From: a virus
Taxonomy: Duplodnaviria > Caudoviricetes
Virus record (IMG/VR): IMGVR_UViG_3300050336_000035
Span: 103,494-167,493 of that record
Length of the DNA: 64,000 nucleotides
Reading direction: 5' to 3' (one strand)
This document shows positions 1-7,822 of the stretch, piece after piece. The number at the start of each line of letters is the position of its first letter. Positions within the stretch are counted from its first letter, which is position 1. The notes beneath the pieces were generated by a model. It saw nothing but the letters and a program-made list of their open reading frames with translations. It was not told the DNA's origin and did no database searches. A program made the position numbers and the translations under genes.

Positions 1-1
1 A

Positions 2-127
2 CTTAGTGATTTTCTATATAGAAATAAACATATAATAAATGATTTTGAAGATATGTCTGATTGGAGCATGAATAAAGTAATTAAAAATATTTTAACTAAT
101 ACAAATAAATTTTTAAAAACAACATAA
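2..127 (+). CDS. 3' end of hypothetical protein (partial)
   Basis: Open frame from the window edge to TAA 125-127, which begins a boundary site. Confidence 0.6.
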   Translation, partial: LSDFLYRNKHIINDFEDMSDWSMNKVIKNILTNTNKFLKTT

Positions 128-167
128 AAGACAAATTTTATAATGTTTAAGAAAGGAGATAAGCAAT

Positions 168-548
168 ATGTTTTGGACTAAGAAAAATAAAGTAGAAGTA
201 AACCATATAAGAGTATGTGAAGTTAATCAAGGGTTGCCTGAGTGTAATAGTGTTAATAAACTTAGAGAATATCAGCAACAACTCAAAAATATAAAAAATT
301 CTTCATTAACTGATATCTCTGCAAAATACTTGAATGTTGTTAATGATAGTTATTTAAGAAGTGAGTTATATTGTATTGAAGTTATATTAAATCAATTAAT
401 TCGTCGAACAGATAATACATATATTAATTTTGAAGAAAGATTTAAAGCTTTCGGAAAAGAAATTGATGACTATATAAAGAAAGATTGTATAATAGATGAT
501 TTAATTAAGAAAATAAAAGTTGAGAAAAACATATTAGGAATTGAATAG
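168..548 (+). CDS. Hypothetical protein
   Basis: RBS GAAAGGAG; stop inside a boundary site. Confidence 0.8.
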   Translation: MFWTKKNKVEVNHIRVCEVNQGLPECNSVNKLREYQQQLKNIKNSSLTDISAKYLNVVNDSYLRSELYCIEVILNQLIRRTDNTYINFEERFKAFGKEIDDYIKKDCIIDDLIKKIKVEKNILGIE

Positions 549-585
549 AATTCAGTATTTATAGCATTTAAATTGGAGGTTTTTT

Positions 586-792
586 ATGAAAATTTGTAAC
601 AACACAACAGGAATACGTGATTGTAATGATAAATATTATAAATATGGGTTATGTATTAAGAATAGAAAATGTAAAGATTCTTTATTTGTAAATGAAAATG
701 TTATTAAACAATTGATAATTGAAAAATGTGAATATAATAAAATATTTGCTGATTGTATAGATAATCTTATTTATGAAGCAAAAACAATATGA
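586..792 (+). CDS. Small Cys-containing hypothetical protein
   Basis: RBS GGAGG; stop inside a boundary site. Confidence 0.75.
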   Translation: MKICNNTTGIRDCNDKYYKYGLCIKNRKCKDSLFVNENVIKQLIIEKCEYNKIFADCIDNLIYEAKTI

Positions 793-831
793 AATGCCGT
801 TTTTATTTTACATGAAAGGAATGAAGTTTTT

Positions 832-1065
832 ATGGAAGGATTTGTTATTGATATAAATAAATTTAATCCAACACCTGATTATCAAGATTTTAAAAAAATA
901 GATGAAACTATAAATTATTTATTAATAAAAAGAATACCATTTGTTACAACTCAAGATATAATAGTTTTTCATGAAGATATTTACTTGAAATATAAAGATA
1001 ATATAAATTATTGTGTTAATGAATTACAAAATGAATTTTTAACAGAAACAATTAAAAAAATATAA
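832..1065 (+). CDS. Hypothetical protein
   Basis: RBS GAAAGGA. Confidence 0.7.
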   Translation: MEGFVIDINKFNPTPDYQDFKKIDETINYLLIKRIPFVTTQDIIVFHEDIYLKYKDNINYCVNELQNEFLTETIKKI

Positions 1066-1100
1066 AGCATATAAAATGCGTTTCATCAAAAGGAGAAAAC

Positions 1101-1421
1101 ATGATAAAGTATAAAGGGTTAAAATATAGAAAATTCATTAACTTTATTAATAAAGAGTTGCCAACATTTAATATTATAAAGTTAAAATTATTAAAAGGTT
1201 ATGACACAATTGAAGTTAATAAAACTGATAAAGTTTTTGCTCTTTATTATGTTGAAGAGAAAGCAATATACTTACCAACATCAAATGAGGAAGAAATTAC
1301 ATATACAAATTTAGCCCATGAATATGTTCATGCATGGCAAGACGAGAACAATAAAGACTTTAGTGAAGAAGAAGCCGAATTAAAAGCAAGTGAATTATAT
1401 AATAAGTTTAAAATAAGATAA
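1101..1421 (+). CDS. Small zincin-like metallopeptidase domain protein
   Basis: LAHEYVH (HExxH) followed by EEEA; RBS AAGGAG. Confidence 0.7.
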   Translation: MIKYKGLKYRKFINFINKELPTFNIIKLKLLKGYDTIEVNKTDKVFALYYVEEKAIYLPTSNEEEITYTNLAHEYVHAWQDENNKDFSEEEAELKASELYNKFKIR

Positions 1422-1459
1422 AAATGTGTTTTTATTTAAAAAGGAGAAAAGAGGATATA

Positions 1460-2173
1460 ATGATAAAAGTAGGAATTACTGAACGTGGAGATGCAGGATT
1501 AGATTTCTCATGGGTAAACAAATTACTTGATGTAAACATTATTATTACTAAGAATTTAAATGATATAATAATTCAACATCTTATTGATAATAAAAATAAA
1601 ATAATATTACATATGACTTGTACTGGACTTGGAGCAACAAAAGTAGAACCTAATGTTCCCAATGTGAAATTTACTCACAATCAAATATTAAAACTAATTG
1701 ATAGTGGATTTCCTGTAAATCAAATTGTTTTAAGAGTAGACCCTATTATACCATTACAAATTACATTAGAGCAAAGGGTTAAAAAAGTATTAGATTTATT
1801 TAAAGATACAGGAATTAAGAGGGTTAGATATTCATTTTTAGATATGTATCCGCATGTAAAAGAAAGATTAACAAAAGCAGGATTGAATTTACCATATAAT
1901 ACATTTTGTTGTCCAAATTATATGAAAGAAGATGCTTTAAAGTTGTTAAAAGAATATGAAAATATTTATGAATTTGAAGCATGTGCTGAAAACACCTTTC
2001 ATCAATTAGGATGCATTTCACAAAAGGATTTTGATATTTTAGGGATTGAAGAAAAAGCAATACCATCAGGATATCAAAGAAAAGGCTGTTTGTGTATAGC
2101 TGGTAAAACTGAATTGTTGACCAATAAAAAGAAATGTCCTCATGGATGTTTGTATTGTTACTGGAAAGGATAA
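1460..2173 (+). CDS. DUF1848-like Fe-S / radical-SAM-related protein
   Basis: LRVDPII motif and C-terminal CLC...CPHGCLYCYW; start moved to ATG 1460 behind RBS GAGGA. Confidence 0.7.
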   Translation: MIKVGITERGDAGLDFSWVNKLLDVNIIITKNLNDIIIQHLIDNKNKIILHMTCTGLGATKVEPNVPNVKFTHNQILKLIDSGFPVNQIVLRVDPIIPLQITLEQRVKKVLDLFKDTGIKRVRYSFLDMYPHVKERLTKAGLNLPYNTFCCPNYMKEDALKLLKEYENIYEFEACAENTFHQLGCISQKDFDILGIEEKAIPSGYQRKGCLCIAGKTELLTNKKKCPHGCLYCYWKG

Positions 2174-2219
2174 TGTAATAAAATTGGGATTCTACGCTAA
2201 AAAGAGAGGATGAAATAAT

Positions 2220-2504
2220 ATGAGTGAAATAAGTATTGGAGAAGAAAATTATAACTATTTTACAAATGGAAGATATAAAGCAAATAATTCTCCAAAAGCA
2301 AAAAGTATTAAAAAGAAATTAGAAGATAATGGTCATACTAATGTTTTTGTATGGTATGAAAAGCTAGGTAAAGCAATGGAAATGTGTGGTTGTAGTGGAG
2401 GATATATGTATACTTCTGACCAAAGTCCAATAGAACCTATAGGATATTCCTTTGATGAGGCAATGATAACAATAGAGAAAAAATGGCATAAGATATCAAA
2501 ATAA
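2220..2504 (+). CDS. Hypothetical protein
   Basis: RBS GAGAGGA. Confidence 0.75.
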   Translation: MSEISIGEENYNYFTNGRYKANNSPKAKSIKKKLEDNGHTNVFVWYEKLGKAMEMCGCSGGYMYTSDQSPIEPIGYSFDEAMITIEKKWHKISK

Positions 2505-2600
2505 TTGTGATAAATTCTCAGATTCATTCACTTTTTAAAAGTGATTTGTGGTATCTGAACTAACGTCCGCTTAACCAACAAGCATATTGAATCAATGCTT
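2502..2600 (-). ncRNA. Candidate omega/guide RNA, left copy (scaffold 2600-2522, guide from 2521 outward)
   Basis: Own promoter TTGACA-17-TATACT (2636-2608, -); multi-hairpin scaffold covarying with the right copy; guide boundary is inferred. Confidence 0.65.
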
Positions 2601-2607
2601 AGTTATA

Positions 2608-2636
2608 AGTATAAGGAATATTGTGGCAAATGTCAA
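2608..2636 (-). promoter_or_regulatory. sigmaA promoter firing outward through the left end of the TnpB cassette
   Basis: TTGACA-17 bp-TATACT on -; no ORF downstream. Confidence 0.8.
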
Positions 2637-2677
2637 TAAGTTTTACTAATACTTAATTAATATTAAAATAATATCTA

Positions 2678-2706
2678 TTGACAATACCGTTTAATTAATA
2701 TATACT
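2678..2706 (+). promoter_or_regulatory. sigmaA promoter for the RHH gene
   Basis: TTGACA-17 bp-TATACT. Confidence 0.8.
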
Positions 2707-2778
2707 AATAATTGTAAAAGCAACATCTCTTCCGAACCATTACATAATAATGTATAATTAATATGGGAGAGTGATGAT

Positions 2779-2940
2779 ATGCCAAAGTTTAAAAATAATC
2801 ATATTGGATTTAATGTAAGTGATAAATTAAAGAAAAAGACAGAAGAAGTTTCTAAAGAACATGAAATGAGTTTAGCTGATTTTATGAGATACATTTTACA
2901 AAAATATATAGATGAATACGAAATCAAGAAAAACAAGTAG
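2779..2940 (+). CDS. Ribbon-helix-helix (CopG-like) regulator, 53 aa (not in ORF track)
   Basis: MPKFKNNHIGFNVSDKLKKKTEEVSKEHEMSLADFMRYILQKYIDEYEIKKNK; RBS GGGAG. Confidence 0.75.
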   Translation: MPKFKNNHIGFNVSDKLKKKTEEVSKEHEMSLADFMRYILQKYIDEYEIKKNK

Positions 2941-3020
2941 ATATTAAGAGCAATAATATTCTAGTTTAGCTTATTCGGTTTATATTAAGATATTTAACCT
3001 GTTTTAATATCGTTAGTAAT

Positions 3021-3049
3021 TTGATATTTAGTAATTATTCCCTTATAAT
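3021..3049 (+). promoter_or_regulatory. sigmaA-like promoter for 3111..3554 and the tnpB-like gene
   Basis: TTGATA-17 bp-TATAAT. Confidence 0.65.
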
Positions 3050-3110
3050 AAAAATGTAAGTTAAAGGTTGCAACCACACTTACCTAAATTATTATAAGGG
3101 AGTGTAGATT

Positions 3111-3554
3111 ATGGTTAAAATGGATTATGAAAGAAAGTGTGAGTTAAAAAAATTACAACAGTTTCAAGGACACAGAGTTGAAGTTAGTTTTAACACTCAT
3201 ACACATGATAACAATGTGATGGTTACATTTGTTTATAACAACTTTGATTTTGATAACGGCGAATACATATTGTGTCTTTTTGATTCAAAGGATGAAACAT
3301 TGAATGCTAGACTTGAGAAGAATCTTATAACAACTGTAACAAACATTGATGAAGATATATATCATGATGTTGTACATATTTATACTAATAATTTTATACT
3401 CAGCATAACAACTCTTGAAGAACCCATACGCCTACCTAGATGTAATCATTGTGGAAATGAAATTGAATATAATGAATATTGGCTTGATGGTGCTTATGGT
3501 AGGTTAAGACTTTGCGAAGATTGTTGTTTGGATTTGTATCCTGATAACGAATAG
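3111..3554 (+). CDS. Hypothetical protein with C-terminal Zn finger; paralog of 35653..36159
   Basis: Shares HTHDNxVM, FDFDNGE.xLCLFDS.DE.LN.R and YxDVVHIYT with the paralog; CNHC and CEDC. Confidence 0.85.
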   Translation: MVKMDYERKCELKKLQQFQGHRVEVSFNTHTHDNNVMVTFVYNNFDFDNGEYILCLFDSKDETLNARLEKNLITTVTNIDEDIYHDVVHIYTNNFILSITTLEEPIRLPRCNHCGNEIEYNEYWLDGAYGRLRLCEDCCLDLYPDNE

Positions 3555-3581
3555 AAAATTAAATAGAAAGGAGGAGTAATC

Positions 3582-4985
3582 ATGGCTACTGAAATGAGAG
3601 CAATTAAATTCTATTCTAATAATAAAACAACAACTGAAGATTTCAATAAAGGTATTAACTTTCTATCTGAATGCCAAGAAGTTGAAAATGAATTGTTAGA
3701 GTATTATTGGACTAACTTTACTGAAGTTATTAGAGCGAAATCACAACTTGTTTTTTATAAGAATAGAGTCATGATTACTTCTCCTGCTACAAAATTTCAA
3801 CACTATCAACAAATTTTATTTATGGTATTTAGAACACTTAAAAGTTTAGAAGAAAGAATTACTCAAAAAATACATTTTAAATTTGATGATAAAATGAAAC
3901 AAAGAATATATAACTATTGTAGTAAATTCGTTTTTGATTGGGATAAACTTGAAACATATGTATCTAAACAAATTAAACAGTATAAAAAGAAAGACAAAAA
4001 GTATTATGACTTCTTAATAGAAGTTCAAAAAATTATTGATAATGAACAGGCTTTTTTAAAACTAAAACAAGATATAGAAAATAAGTTTTGGGATTTAAAA
4101 AATAAAATTAATCAACCTGTTAAGAAATCTAAGCAAATATGGGCTACAACTTTTCATACTGTAGATATCGAAAAGTATAATGATTATTGGGTATTTGTGA
4201 TTGACACCAATAAATTTTTAAGTCCTCGCAATATGGATAAGTTTAAAATAGTTGTAAGTATTTCTGATTATCACAGAGATATTCTTAATTCCAATACACT
4301 TCAAAATACTTTTTCTATTAAGTTAAATGATTATGGTAGAATCGAAATTTTTGGAGCATATGAAATTGATATAAATTATCCAACACCTAATCCTGTTGAT
4401 ACTATTGGCATAGATATAGGTTTGAAGAAACTTATTACATCATCTGATGGTGAATTTATTGAACAGAATAAAAACATTGTAAAGAAAGCTCAAAAGTTAA
4501 TTAAGAATCAAGCTAATAGACAGAGTTTGGAAGCTCATATGAAAAAGAAATTAGAAGATGAGAATTTTACTTTACCTGATAAAAATTATATGAAGAAACA
4601 AAACAAATTAAGTAGATTTGTTCAATGTGATAATAGGTATAAAGTTAAACAATTTCTCAAAGGTAGGGAAGATACTCATATCATTATGGAAGATTTGCAT
4701 TTAAATGATGCCAAGACATATAGTAAAGAAGTAAATTATATGTTAAGAAGGATGAAGATACAAGGCATTAAAAATGACATTCTAAAATACACAAAAGAGA
4801 TGGGCATCAAGACTACACAAGTAAATCCTAGATATACGAGTATTGAGTGTCCTATATGTGGCTGTATTGATAAAAAAAATAGACAGACACAAGAAACATT
4901 TAAATGTGTTAAATGTAGTCATACAGATAATGCAGACCACAATGCTAGTATTAATATTGAAAATAAATATTTAAAGGCACAATAA
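3582..4985 (+). CDS. tnpB: TnpB/Cas12f-like RNA-guided endonuclease
   Basis: RuvC-I GIDIG, RuvC-II IMEDL, Zn ribbon TSIECPICG...FKCVKC, RuvC-III NADHNASINI; 467 aa; D-E-D triad intact. Confidence 0.9.
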   Translation: MATEMRAIKFYSNNKTTTEDFNKGINFLSECQEVENELLEYYWTNFTEVIRAKSQLVFYKNRVMITSPATKFQHYQQILFMVFRTLKSLEERITQKIHFKFDDKMKQRIYNYCSKFVFDWDKLETYVSKQIKQYKKKDKKYYDFLIEVQKIIDNEQAFLKLKQDIENKFWDLKNKINQPVKKSKQIWATTFHTVDIEKYNDYWVFVIDTNKFLSPRNMDKFKIVVSISDYHRDILNSNTLQNTFSIKLNDYGRIEIFGAYEIDINYPTPNPVDTIGIDIGLKKLITSSDGEFIEQNKNIVKKAQKLIKNQANRQSLEAHMKKKLEDENFTLPDKNYMKKQNKLSRFVQCDNRYKVKQFLKGREDTHIIMEDLHLNDAKTYSKEVNYMLRRMKIQGIKNDILKYTKEMGIKTTQVNPRYTSIECPICGCIDKKNRQTQETFKCVKCSHTDNADHNASINIENKYLKAQ

Positions 4986-4992
4986 TAAATAT

Positions 4993-5088
4993 AAGGCTTT
5001 AATTTAACGCCTATAGTTAAGCGTACATTAGTACAGATACTATAAATCGCTTTTAAAAGTGAATGAATTGTAGGATTTATATGCTTAT
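4993..5088 (+). ncRNA. Candidate omega/guide RNA, right copy (scaffold 4993-5068, guide from 5069 outward)
   Basis: Directly downstream of tnpB, the usual omegaRNA position; hairpins AGGC/GCCT, TATAGT/ACTATA, GTAC/GTAC, TCGCTT/AAGTGA covary with the left copy. Confidence 0.65.
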
Positions 5089-5105
5089 TATATAAAATAT
5101 AAAGT

Positions 5106-5684
5106 GTGGTGATAATAATAGCAAAAACAGAAATGACATTAAATCTAGAAAAAGAATTGTATTCAAGTACAAACAAAATGGGCGTGTTTGGTTGTTTTGA
5201 AGTTACTATAGGTTGGTATGGCAAAGAACGTGTTGATTATATTACATATGATACTAAAGGGGTTTGGCGTTGTTATGAAATAAAAGTGTCTAAAGCAGAC
5301 TTTCATAGTAAGGCAAAGAAAACATTTGTTGGACATTTTAATTATTATGTTATGCCAAGAGAATTATATGAGGAAGTTAAAGACGAAATACCGAAACATA
5401 TAGGTGTACATATTGGTAGTGGTTGTATAAAGAATGCAAAGAGACAAGAATTATCTGTTGATGAGAAAATATTAAAAGATTCTTTAATACGTTCATTGTG
5501 TCGAGATGCAGAAAAAATTTATACTTCAGAAAATGTTAATTATATTAATAGACTTAAAAAACAAATATCAAATCTTGAAAAAGAAAGTAAAGAATGGAGA
5601 AAAGACTACTACGATTTATATAAAAAAGTTAGAGAATTGTATGGTAGAGATTGGGATAAGGATTTGATTAATTTTGATGAGTAG
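5106..5684 (+). CDS. MmcB-like PD-(D/E)XK nuclease domain protein
   Basis: EVTIG...RVDYI...CYEIKVSKADFHS. Confidence 0.7.
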   Translation: MVIIIAKTEMTLNLEKELYSSTNKMGVFGCFEVTIGWYGKERVDYITYDTKGVWRCYEIKVSKADFHSKAKKTFVGHFNYYVMPRELYEEVKDEIPKHIGVHIGSGCIKNAKRQELSVDEKILKDSLIRSLCRDAEKIYTSENVNYINRLKKQISNLEKESKEWRKDYYDLYKKVRELYGRDWDKDLINFDE

Positions 5685-5919
5685 GACTATAATTATGAAT
5701 AGAAAAACACTAATAAACATACTCAATAATTATGATGGAATTGTAGCAAAAGAAGTATCTAAAGAAGAATATGATAATTTAATCATAGAAGATACTATAC
5801 CCGTTTTAGATGATATCAAAGGTATAATAATTAAGAAATCTTATTATCCAGATTATGAAGGTTGTAAGTGGTTGATTACATACAAGATATTGGCTGAAAT
5901 AAAAGTAAAGAGTTTATAA
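5674..5919 (+). CDS. Hypothetical protein
   Basis: Overlaps the upstream gene; stop inside a boundary site. Confidence 0.7.
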   Translation: MMSRTIIMNRKTLINILNNYDGIVAKEVSKEEYDNLIIEDTIPVLDDIKGIIIKKSYYPDYEGCKWLITYKILAEIKVKSL

Positions 5920-5959
5920 AATCGGGGTTCTGTTGTGTTTTTAGATATTAAAATAATAT

Positions 5960-5988
5960 TTGACAATTCTCAAACTTGATATTATAAT
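5960..5988 (+). promoter_or_regulatory. Consensus sigmaA promoter inside a cassette
   Basis: TTGACA-17 bp-TATAAT. Confidence 0.85.
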
Positions 5989-6033
5989 TATCTTGAGGTG
6001 ATAAAATTCATCAACTTAAAGAGAGGAAAAAAT

Positions 6034-6204
6034 ATGTTTAAAAAACTTAAAGAATGGATTTTAAATAAAATACTCAAAAGAGACTATACAATGACTTATG
6101 TTATGGGTGTAGATATTTATGGTACAGAATATGGCTATAAGAAAGAAGGATATAGAGATAAAAGTGGTCAAATTCACATTAGTAAAGTTACACTCTTTGA
6201 ATAA
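6034..6204 (+). CDS. Hypothetical protein
   Basis: ATG behind RBS GAGAGG; stop inside a boundary site. Confidence 0.65.
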   Translation: MFKKLKEWILNKILKRDYTMTYVMGVDIYGTEYGYKKEGYRDKSGQIHISKVTLFE

Positions 6205-6239
6205 ATCAGCAATTCTATGATAAATAAAGGAGAATTTTT

Positions 6240-6404
6240 ATGATTAATTGTAATGCAGAATGTAAATATGAGTGTAATGGAGAATGTATTTTACATCCAG
6301 ACAAAATAAAACTTGTAATAAGAAAATATAGTGATGATTTTAAAAAACAATATTTAGAATGTGATTCTCAAATTCTTGAAGATAGAGACATGGGAATTAG
6401 ATAA
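6240..6404 (+). CDS. Small Cys-rich hypothetical protein, 54 aa (not in ORF track)
   Basis: RBS AAGGAG; MINCNAECKYECNGEC...; fills the space between two boundary sites. Confidence 0.7.
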   Translation: MINCNAECKYECNGECILHPDKIKLVIRKYSDDFKKQYLECDSQILEDRDMGIR

Positions 6405-6436
6405 AATCAAACTTCTATGATGATTGGAGAAAAAAC

Positions 6437-6760
6437 ATGAATGATATAATAATAAGTTTACTTAAAGAAAAGATAGATTATTATTCTCATAATGCTAAAT
6501 TGTTATATGATGATTATAAATATTACTGTTATGTTAAGGCTTTACGTCAGGAACTATACAGCACATTAAAAATTAGAAATGAATTCAAAAGAGCATTAAA
6601 AGAATATAAGAAACTATTACATAATGTACAGATAGAAAAGTATAAAAAAGCAATAAAAGAATATAGAGAACATCCAGACAAATATGCAGAAGATATTTTG
6701 GGAGTAAAGCTATATCCATATCAAAAAGAAATATTAAAATATTTTTATAAAGCAAGATAG
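6437..6760 (+). CDS. Hypothetical protein; C-terminus resembles a terminase large-subunit N-terminal motif
   Basis: YREHPDKYAEDILGVKLYPYQKEIL. Confidence 0.65.
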   Translation: MNDIIISLLKEKIDYYSHNAKLLYDDYKYYCYVKALRQELYSTLKIRNEFKRALKEYKKLLHNVQIEKYKKAIKEYREHPDKYAEDILGVKLYPYQKEILKYFYKAR

Positions 6761-6796
6761 AAAACTTAATTCATCACAAATTGAAAGGAAAACAAA

Positions 6797-7114
6797 ATGA
6801 ATAATAATTTACCTTGCGAAGATAATGATTGTGCATATTATAAAATGGATTACCAAGATAGAACTTATTGTAGTAAGAAAAATAGATTCATAGATAATGA
6901 AACAGGTGAATGCGAATATTTTACGCCTTCTCAAACTTGTGATTTGTGCAAACATTCTTATATGAAAGTCTATGAAACTGGTTCTATAGATGATATTGAA
7001 TATTATTGTAAATTACAAAATGGGAAATTAATATATGATGATTTAAGTCCTTATATGATAAATTTTGCAGATTTTCCTAAATGTAATATAAACAAATTTG
7101 AAAAGAAGGACTGA
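6797..7114 (+). CDS. Cys-rich hypothetical protein
   Basis: RBS GAAAGG; multiple Cys. Confidence 0.75.
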   Translation: MNNNLPCEDNDCAYYKMDYQDRTYCSKKNRFIDNETGECEYFTPSQTCDLCKHSYMKVYETGSIDDIEYYCKLQNGKLIYDDLSPYMINFADFPKCNINKFEKKD

Positions 7115-7155
7115 ATCAATTCACCATTTTAATCACTTTTAGAAAGGAGGTAATT

Positions 7156-7593
7156 ATGTCTGAGGAAAGTTTAAAACTTAGTAAAACAAGAAAAGAATAT
7201 TGTGAATACATATATTATAGAATACTAAATAAATTAAAAGAAGCCAATGAACATCAATTACTAGCTTTTGCTATGTTAGGTATGCATTTATGCTTAAGAC
7301 AATCTGATATTCTTAAATTAAAATGGGAACAAATTGATTTTGAAAATATGAAAATAAACAATGTGCATCTTCTTAAAGGTGGTTACATTGGCTCTCTTGA
7401 TTTAGAAATTAGATTGGTTAGTGCTTTAAAGAAATGGTATGAAAATACTGATGACAAAACAATGATATTTCCTAAATTAAAAAGATATGAAACAGGAAAT
7501 AAAATTGGTGAGTTAATAGGAGATACAACATTTAATAATCACGATTTAAGAAGTATTGGTTTATGTTTAAAATTGCAAGGGGTTATATATTAG
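7156..7593 (+). CDS. Truncated tyrosine recombinase catalytic-domain protein
   Basis: LRQSDILKLKWEQIDF and HDLR boxes present; lacks the core-binding domain and the H/W-Y region. Confidence 0.75.
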   Translation: MSEESLKLSKTRKEYCEYIYYRILNKLKEANEHQLLAFAMLGMHLCLRQSDILKLKWEQIDFENMKINNVHLLKGGYIGSLDLEIRLVSALKKWYENTDDKTMIFPKLKRYETGNKIGELIGDTTFNNHDLRSIGLCLKLQGVIY

Positions 7594-7635
7594 CATGAAA
7601 ATATCTTTTATTTAAAAAAGAGGAGTAATATAAAA

Positions 7636-7797
7636 ATGTTAAATGTTGATAAAAATATAATTAATTTTATAAATAGTGATGAATATAAGTGGTATAAAGA
7701 TGGTACAAAAAATGGAATTTGGATTGGATTATTTTTAGGGTTTTGGCTTGGAATGTTAATGATGACTATATTAGTTATAATAGGATTCTTTAAATAA
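7636..7797 (+). CDS. Small membrane protein, 53 aa (not in ORF track)
   Basis: RBS GAGGAG; hydrophobic C-terminus; stop inside a boundary site. Confidence 0.7.
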   Translation: MLNVDKNIINFINSDEYKWYKDGTKNGIWIGLFLGFWLGMLMMTILVIIGFFK

Positions 7798-7822
7798 AAC
7801 TACTCTTCTAAACACATTTTTA

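Larger units (their letters stand above)
2511..5079. mobile_element. Transposase-less TnpB/Cas12f-like cassette bounded by two boundary sites and long inverted repeats
   Basis: 2522-2575 and 5016-5068 are inverted repeats (47/54 identical) whose outer ends are the N6 sites at 2511 and 5064; encloses an RHH gene, a Zn-finger gene and a tnpB-like gene. Confidence 0.75.

Noticed and set aside
3582-4985. Type V CRISPR-Cas locus
   Set aside because: No repeat-spacer array and no cas1 or cas4 seen in the window
2511-5079. Classical IS605/IS607 element or DDE transposon
   Set aside because: No TnpA, serine recombinase or DDE transposase; no target duplication (the 6-mers differ); the repeats show RNA-type covariation
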